This document shows, one piece after another, positions 58,909-64,000 of a DNA stretch of 64,000 bases. The stretch is from Candidatus Woesearchaeota archaeon. Lineage in GTDB: Archaea; Nanobdellota; Nanobdellia; Pacearchaeales; UBA284. Numbering within the stretch: position 1 is the first letter of the stretch; the number at the start of each line of letters is the position of its first letter. The position numbers and the translations under genes are program-made. The notes beneath the pieces were generated by a model. The model was given only the letters and a program-made list of their open reading frames with translations, searched no databases and was not told the origin of the DNA. The stretch spans positions 84,879-148,878 of the forward strand of contig CAYGZP010000001.1 in assembly GCA_964354405.1 (NCBI GenBank), in the 5' to 3' direction.

Positions 58909-59082
58909 CTATTCCTTCCTTTTTGTCTTTAAACCGCAAATTGGACATCTGTTTCTTGACTTAAGCCACCAATGATAAGGTAAGTAAAAAACACCAAAAC
59001 CTATCAAAAACCAAGCCCAACTAAATTTCTTTTTTGTTCCTTCTACATACTTCTTACATTCTGGACAATATCTTTTTCCCAT
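58909..59082 (-). CDS. 57-aa membrane-associated zinc-ribbon (LITAF-like) protein (not in ORF track)
   Basis: MGKRYCPECKKYV...hydrophobic segment...RCPICG: two CxxC knuckles around a hydrophobic hairpin. Confidence 0.7.
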   Translation of the reverse strand: MGKRYCPECKKYVEGTKKKFSWAWFLIGFGVFYLPYHWWLKSRNRCPICGLKTKRKE

Positions 59083-59233
59083 GTTTTTATAATGTTCAAG
59101 AAATATTTAATCCTTTCTATGACAAACGAGCATTGTCAATCGTTCTTACAAACGATTAAAAGAAATATTTAAGAGCGAGCCCATCAGGGCGAGCGTGGTT
59201 TCTGTAGGGTGAGATTTCTACTTTAATCCAAAA

Positions 59234-59587
59234 TTATTCTTGAAAATATTTTAATATTCTTGCTTTATCTTCATTTTCTTGTTGTGATTTACAATAGATT
59301 TCTATAAATATTATTTTGTCATTTGGTGGGTCATAGGCAAAAATAACCCTTATCCCGCTCATAGAACCCCTATTTAGTGATTTACAACGAAATTTTCTTG
59401 CTTTATATACTGGAATTTTAACTTTTTCTCCTAGTCCCGAAATTCTTACAACACCACTAAGGTTTTCTTTATCTGTTTCTAATGCTTGTTTAAATATTAA
59501 AAAATCTTTGTCAAATCCCCTATGCTTTTTTACTAATTTATCAAGATCTTTAGAGAATTCTTTTACTTTTTCTTCATCGAATATCAT
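59234..59587 (-). CDS. RelE-like toxin
   Basis: FSKDLDKL, KARKFRC, SGIRVIFAY, FIEIYCK; overlaps upstream antitoxin gene. Confidence 0.8.
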   Translation of the reverse strand: MIFDEEKVKEFSKDLDKLVKKHRGFDKDFLIFKQALETDKENLSGVVRISGLGEKVKIPVYKARKFRCKSLNRGSMSGIRVIFAYDPPNDKIIFIEIYCKSQQENEDKARILKYFQE

Positions 59588-60083
59588 TTTCTTCAGTTAC
59601 TGAATGTATAGCATCTCTATAGAACACAAGTTCATAGTCTATTATTTCTTTGTTTTTAGTTGCTTTCCAAGGTATATCAGTATGGGAATATCCAGTTATT
59701 TGGTGTGCAGTCATCCCAGAAAACTTATTTATTGTTTTATCAATAATTTGTATGTCCGCACCGCTGAGCAAAACAATCTCTGGTTCTTGAATAGATAAAA
59801 ATTTATTTTGGGGGTATCCCTTATATTTTGTTTTAATTTCTTTTATTTTACTTTTCTTTTTTAATTTTTTGAGCACTTTATTAATGTGGCATGGCGCCGG
59901 GCCATATAGGAGTTTTCTATAACTCTCGCCAGTTATAGAGATTTCATATTTTTCATAATAATCAAAATCAGAAAAGTATAATAACTTGTATAGTACTGTC
60001 TTTCCAACATTCTCTAAATTAGTACATTTATGGATCACATAATGTACCATTTCTTCAAATTTTTTTCCATTAAATTTAATCAT
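59574..60083 (-). CDS. Panacea (DUF4065/SocA-like) antitoxin
   Basis: KTVLYKLLYFSDF, SITG..Y.KL.YGP.P, SH.DIPW. Confidence 0.88.
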   Translation of the reverse strand: MIKFNGKKFEEMVHYVIHKCTNLENVGKTVLYKLLYFSDFDYYEKYEISITGESYRKLLYGPAPCHINKVLKKLKKKSKIKEIKTKYKGYPQNKFLSIQEPEIVLLSGADIQIIDKTINKFSGMTAHQITGYSHTDIPWKATKNKEIIDYELVFYRDAIHSVTEENDIR

Positions 60084-60155
60084 GTTACTTATAAGACCTC
60101 GGACTTTTTAACCCTTTCCTTTCTCATTAACCTTCAATCAATTTTTTTGACTTCT

Positions 60156-60995
60156 TTACTTTTTCAAGTTTAAAGAATTAAGATAATTTTCAACGAGTTC
60201 TTCAACCATTCTCGCCTTTATTACCATTCCTAAATCTATACTTTCTGACTTTTTTATTACTGGTTGCAGTTTTGCAGGAATCTCTTTAAATTCTATTTTT
60301 CCTTCATCATTTTTAAAAAACCATTTTGAGATCACTCCACAAAAATAAATTCTCTCACCTCCAAGAATAGTATTTCCACTTCTTGTTTTAAATCCAGATT
60401 TGTCATAAATAAAAACTGGACTTCCGCTTGATCCTGGAAATACAGAAGCATCGATTAAAAAGATAGGATTTCCTCCATAATCTATATTTATGGATGTTGC
60501 GGTTATTCCCGTTCTAATTATAGGTAATAAGTTCTTTGAATCATAAAGTCCAATAGGATACCCTATAAATAAAATATTTTCTAAGGCGTCAAATTCTTCT
60601 AGATCTTTTTGATTTGGTATAAAGTTTGCTGGAATAGATCTTACAAATAGCTTTACTCCATTATCTTTAAATGTATTAATTATAGTGGAAAGATTGGTTA
60701 AAGTTAAGTCTACATTTTCGTCAGGATGATTGAACCAATCTGTTTCGTTTAAAGTGCAATAAAGCTTCTTTCCAAGAAAAGGAGAATTTTTTGGAGGAAT
60801 TTCAGAATCAGACTCTGTGAAGAAGAAATTGATTTGTTTAGCACATTTTATAACATGCTTGTTTGTAATTAAAAAAGTCATCATTTTTCCATTATTTAAT
60901 TCTGCCTGTAAAATAAAACCAGTACCAACACCAAGATTTGTTTCTATCCTAGTTGTAGAAAAAAGTAATTGTTCAACAAGGGTTTCAACTTTCAT
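60156..60995 (-). CDS. Trypsin-like serine protease (cytoplasmic)
   Basis: GTGF, TNKHV (His), VDL (Asp), FPGSSGSPV (Ser); no signal peptide. Confidence 0.88.
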   Translation of the reverse strand: MKVETLVEQLLFSTTRIETNLGVGTGFILQAELNNGKMMTFLITNKHVIKCAKQINFFFTESDSEIPPKNSPFLGKKLYCTLNETDWFNHPDENVDLTLTNLSTIINTFKDNGVKLFVRSIPANFIPNQKDLEEFDALENILFIGYPIGLYDSKNLLPIIRTGITATSINIDYGGNPIFLIDASVFPGSSGSPVFIYDKSGFKTRSGNTILGGERIYFCGVISKWFFKNDEGKIEFKEIPAKLQPVIKKSESIDLGMVIKARMVEELVENYLNSLNLKK

Positions 60996-61798
60996 TTCAA
61001 ATTCTCCTCAACCTTATCTTGCTTTAGAAATTCACCTTTAATAGCTTTATCTACAACACCTTTAACTTCAGCAGAAAAATCTGTGCTTATCATCCAATTA
61101 AGATAAGAAGGATCGTTTTTAAATACGAATTCAAGTGTTTTTCCTTTATATTTATTTCCAAAGTTTATAATTGCTTTTCCTTCGAGCCATGCCAATTTTC
61201 CATTTTCGTCAATCCATTTAGGGTCTTTTTTTGGATTACAAAATCCATGCAAACCTAAAATATGCTTGGGTAATTCCTCATGCTGTTCCAATTGAGATTT
61301 AAAAACATCCACTATAGCACGAACATCAACCTCTGACCTATGGGCCCCTTTTAATTCTTTATTACAATATTTTTTATAAGCTGAACCCAAATCTCTTGGT
61401 TCTAATTTATGATAAATTGTTAAGACATCCACAATCAATTTTTCTTTATGCGAGTAAGTTATTCCTACTCTTTGAAATTCTGCTTCGAGAAGGGGCAAAT
61501 CAAACCTATTTATCGCAAATCCTCCCAGGTCACAATTTTCTATGAATTCGAGTAATTTTGGGGCAAATTCTTTAAAATAGGGCTTTCCTAAGACAGCTGC
61601 ATCCATTATACCATGAATTTTTATTACCTCAGGAGGAATTGGAATGCCTGGATTAATTAAAGAACTTAAAAATTCTTCATGTCCATCTGGATTAATTTTA
61701 ATAATGCTTATTTCTATTATACGATCTTGTTGTGGGTTTATTCCTGTTGATTCTATATCAATAAATGCAAGAGGTCTTGTTAATTGTAAATTCTTCAT
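60992..61798 (-). CDS. DEDDh 3'-5' exonuclease (DnaQ-like) with C-terminal FGxKY domain
   Basis: DIESTG, FDLP, AHRSEVD; INFGNKYKGK...YLNW. Confidence 0.9.
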   Translation of the reverse strand: MKNLQLTRPLAFIDIESTGINPQQDRIIEISIIKINPDGHEEFLSSLINPGIPIPPEVIKIHGIMDAAVLGKPYFKEFAPKLLEFIENCDLGGFAINRFDLPLLEAEFQRVGITYSHKEKLIVDVLTIYHKLEPRDLGSAYKKYCNKELKGAHRSEVDVRAIVDVFKSQLEQHEELPKHILGLHGFCNPKKDPKWIDENGKLAWLEGKAIINFGNKYKGKTLEFVFKNDPSYLNWMISTDFSAEVKGVVDKAIKGEFLKQDKVEENLK

Positions 61799-61852
61799 CT
61801 TCTCCCCATCCTTATCTCTCCAAGTCCTCACAACTTTATTAGTTTTTCGGTT

Positions 61853-62173
61853 TTAGTTATCTACAATATGGAGTCCTTTTTTTATAGGCTCAACCCACCA
61901 ATATACCCATGCCCTTTCATGTTTCTTAGATTTGATTTTTCCCAACATCTCTAATTTTTTTAAACTCCGCCCTATTCTACTGTACATTGTTGGTAATCCC
62001 TTTCTCCACGAAGAAAAAGATTTATTTTCAACATCTTCAGGTTTAACTTTAAAAGTTTCTATCATAATCCCTATAATTGTATAAGCATTTTTAGGATCGT
62101 TTTTTAAAGTTTCTTCTACCTTCGTAAAAACATCGTCTTTTTCGAGTTCTTTTATAGGTATTTTTATTTTCAT
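61853..62173 (-). CDS. Small winged-helix-like protein
   Basis: 'YSRIGRSLKKLEMLGKIKSKKHERAWVYWW'; GGAGGT SD. Confidence 0.65.
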   Translation of the reverse strand: MKIKIPIKELEKDDVFTKVEETLKNDPKNAYTIIGIMIETFKVKPEDVENKSFSSWRKGLPTMYSRIGRSLKKLEMLGKIKSKKHERAWVYWWVEPIKKGLHIVDN

Positions 62174-62349
62174 TTTAACCTCCTATACTCTATTGTATTT
62201 AATGTTTTATAAGTAATTTATGTATCTTAGGGTATTTAAATCTTTGCTTTTTTATAAGTAATATTTTTAAACTCTTCTATTATGTCTTATATCACCGAAA
62301 GGTTTAAAACTGGAAGTTTACTAGAAAAAGAAAGGCAGGGTGAAAAAAG

Positions 62350-63261
62350 ATGGCGCATCATAAAATCATAATTGGGGATTCTAGAAATATGAAAAAATGG
62401 ATTCCAGATGAATCTGTTCATTTAATTGTTACTTCGCCACCATATGCACACATCAAAGATTATGGAGTCAAAGGACAAATTGGATTTGGCAGTTCTTTTC
62501 AAGAATATATTAATGATTTAACAAAAGTATGGAAAGAATGTTATAGAGTTTTGAAGCCTAATTGTAGACTTATAATTAATATAGGAGATGTTTATAATAC
62601 TACACCAGTTATTGGAAGACATAAGGCCCTCCCTATACACGCACATTTTATTATTGAATGCGAGAAACTTGGTTTTGATTATATGGGGCATATCACTTGG
62701 CAAAAAGTTGGAACCGTTAGGCCGAGTGGGGGGGCAAGTGTTATGGGTTCTTTTCCACATCCTAGAAATGGCATTGTAGAATATGATTATGAGTATATTT
62801 TAATTTTTAAAAAACTTGGAAAAGGAAATGGATTAGAACTTTCAGAGAATATAGATGAATTATCAAAAAAGAGAAAAATTTCTAAATATGAATGGTTAAA
62901 AAAAGTAAAAGAGAAATCTGCGATGGATATTAAAGAATGGCGAGAATTATTTGCTGGCCATTGGAGATTTCCAGGAGTGCGACAAGTTGAACATATCGCC
63001 ATGTTTCCAGAAGAATTGCCCAGAAGACTAATCAAAATGTTTTCTTTTTCAGCAGTTCCAGAGCTCGGTTTCAAAGGAGATGTTGTTTTAGATCCATTTT
63101 TAGGAAGCGGCACTACAACAAAAGTCGCAAAAGAATTAAATAGAAACAGCATAGGTATAGAATTAAATTCTAAATTCTTAAAAACAATTAAAGACAAGGT
63201 TGGGATAACACAGAAAACCTTTGATAAAGCTGAGCATACTTTTGAAATAATTAAAGATTAA
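62350..63261 (+). CDS. Amino-methyltransferase (N4-C/N6-A), beta class
   Basis: TSPPY motif IV before HIAMFP and DPFLGSGTT motif I. Confidence 0.95.
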   Translation: MAHHKIIIGDSRNMKKWIPDESVHLIVTSPPYAHIKDYGVKGQIGFGSSFQEYINDLTKVWKECYRVLKPNCRLIINIGDVYNTTPVIGRHKALPIHAHFIIECEKLGFDYMGHITWQKVGTVRPSGGASVMGSFPHPRNGIVEYDYEYILIFKKLGKGNGLELSENIDELSKKRKISKYEWLKKVKEKSAMDIKEWRELFAGHWRFPGVRQVEHIAMFPEELPRRLIKMFSFSAVPELGFKGDVVLDPFLGSGTTTKVAKELNRNSIGIELNSKFLKTIKDKVGITQKTFDKAEHTFEIIKD

Positions 63262-64000
63262 ATTTTATCTTTTCTATTTTGCAAATATTTTATAAAATCA
63301 ATTTTTTTAATATCACAATATATCCTTAAAAAATAAGCTACTAAACCTTTATTTCCATATTCTGGAACCAAATAAAATTTACCATTATCATTTTTGATAT
63401 ATAACATAATCGTTTTTTCAAAATCAACATCTTTAAAGGCAATTCTAGCACCAGTAACCAATTTTACTTGAATCCATATTTCTTTTGTGTCCACTTTTCC
63501 AAGAATATCTATCCCCCCAACATCTTCTGCTTCAGTAGACCACCTCCAATTTATTTCAGGAACATTTCTTTCTAAAAATTCCATCGTCTTTTTTTCAGCT
63601 TGCCATCCATCAAAAGTTGACCATAGCATCATATATTCCACCCATTTGATAACTTCTTCATTTTTAATTGCCCTAATTTTTTCAAAATTATCTATAATAT
63701 ATCTATCAACCGCGCGATCTCTCAATCTTTCTTTAGTAACTTCTGTTATGAATGGATAGCCTTCAATTTTCTTTCGTTCTTTTAGAGGAATAAATTTATA
63801 ATTTGATTTTATCTTAGGCAATTTTATTTTTTTATTATCTTTTTCTTCAAGAGCATCCGCATAAAGCTTAATAACAAAATAATAATCTTTTATAATTTTT
63901 ATATAAAGTTCTTTTTCATTTTCTAATTCGTATATCTTTTTAAGATAATTCTCAATTGCTTCTTTTCTACTCCCTTTTGAACATTCTTTATCATAATCCC
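63258..64000 (-). CDS. Putative type II restriction endonuclease (PD-(D/E)XK, MjaI-like), 5' end outside window
   Basis: Frame is open from 63998 into the listed ORF; 'STFDG..AE', 'STEAEDVGGID...IQVK'; convergent and overlapping with the methyltransferase. Confidence 0.7.
   Translation of the reverse strand, partial: DYDKECSKGSRKEAIENYLKKIYELENEKELYIKIIKDYYFVIKLYADALEEKDNKKIKLPKIKSNYKFIPLKERKKIEGYPFITEVTKERLRDRAVDRYIIDNFEKIRAIKNEEVIKWVEYMMLWSTFDGWQAEKKTMEFLERNVPEINWRWSTEAEDVGGIDILGKVDTKEIWIQVKLVTGARIAFKDVDFEKTIMLYIKNDNGKFYLVPEYGNKGLVAYFLRIYCDIKKIDFIKYLQNRKDKI

Larger units (their letters stand above)
55171..64000. mobile_element. Accessory/defence island headed by a serine recombinase (right end not seen)
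   Basis: Recombinase, TA pair, R-M pair, small ORFs, visibly more AT-rich from ~57.2 kb. Confidence 0.6.

Noticed and set aside
59120..59196. Short inverted repeats and GCGAGC-GCCC/GGGC motif
   Set aside because: Stems are only 4-7 bp with no second copy in the window; cannot be supported as a MITE or oriT.

Overview
64 kb of an AT-rich archaeal chromosome, most likely a DPANN archaeon of the Pacearchaeota/Woesearchaeota type. The evidence is PolD DP1/DP2, Orc1/Cdc6, aIF-5A, Spt5, L40e/L1/P0/P1, an intron-containing tRNA and a pacearchaeosortase-like gene. Positions 1-51 kb are mostly core: a secretion ATPase, ftsZ-secE-spt5, ribosomal proteins, GlyRS, TyrRS, an intein-containing class II ribonucleotide reductase lying between the two halves of a split Hef, and the replication origin (ORBs plus an AT-rich tract) upstream of cdc6-DP1-DP2. 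There are three tRNAs and a compact glucose-to-PRPP (reverse RuMP) operon between lhr and its usual phosphoesterase partner. Positions 52-54.3 kb hold three winged-helix genes; two convergent paralogue-like ones carry repeat arrays inside their coding sequences, one with 11-bp-phased repeats around an ORB-like element. Positions 55-64 kb are an accessory island. It begins with a serine recombinase and a companion gene whose 3' end recurs, synonymously diverged, in front of the next cargo gene (a cassette-like pattern). Then come a Panacea/RelE toxin-antitoxin pair, an HTH-exonuclease-protease operon and a type II R-M pair. Several short ORFs missed by the ORF track were read by hand. All family calls come from motif recognition, not database searches.
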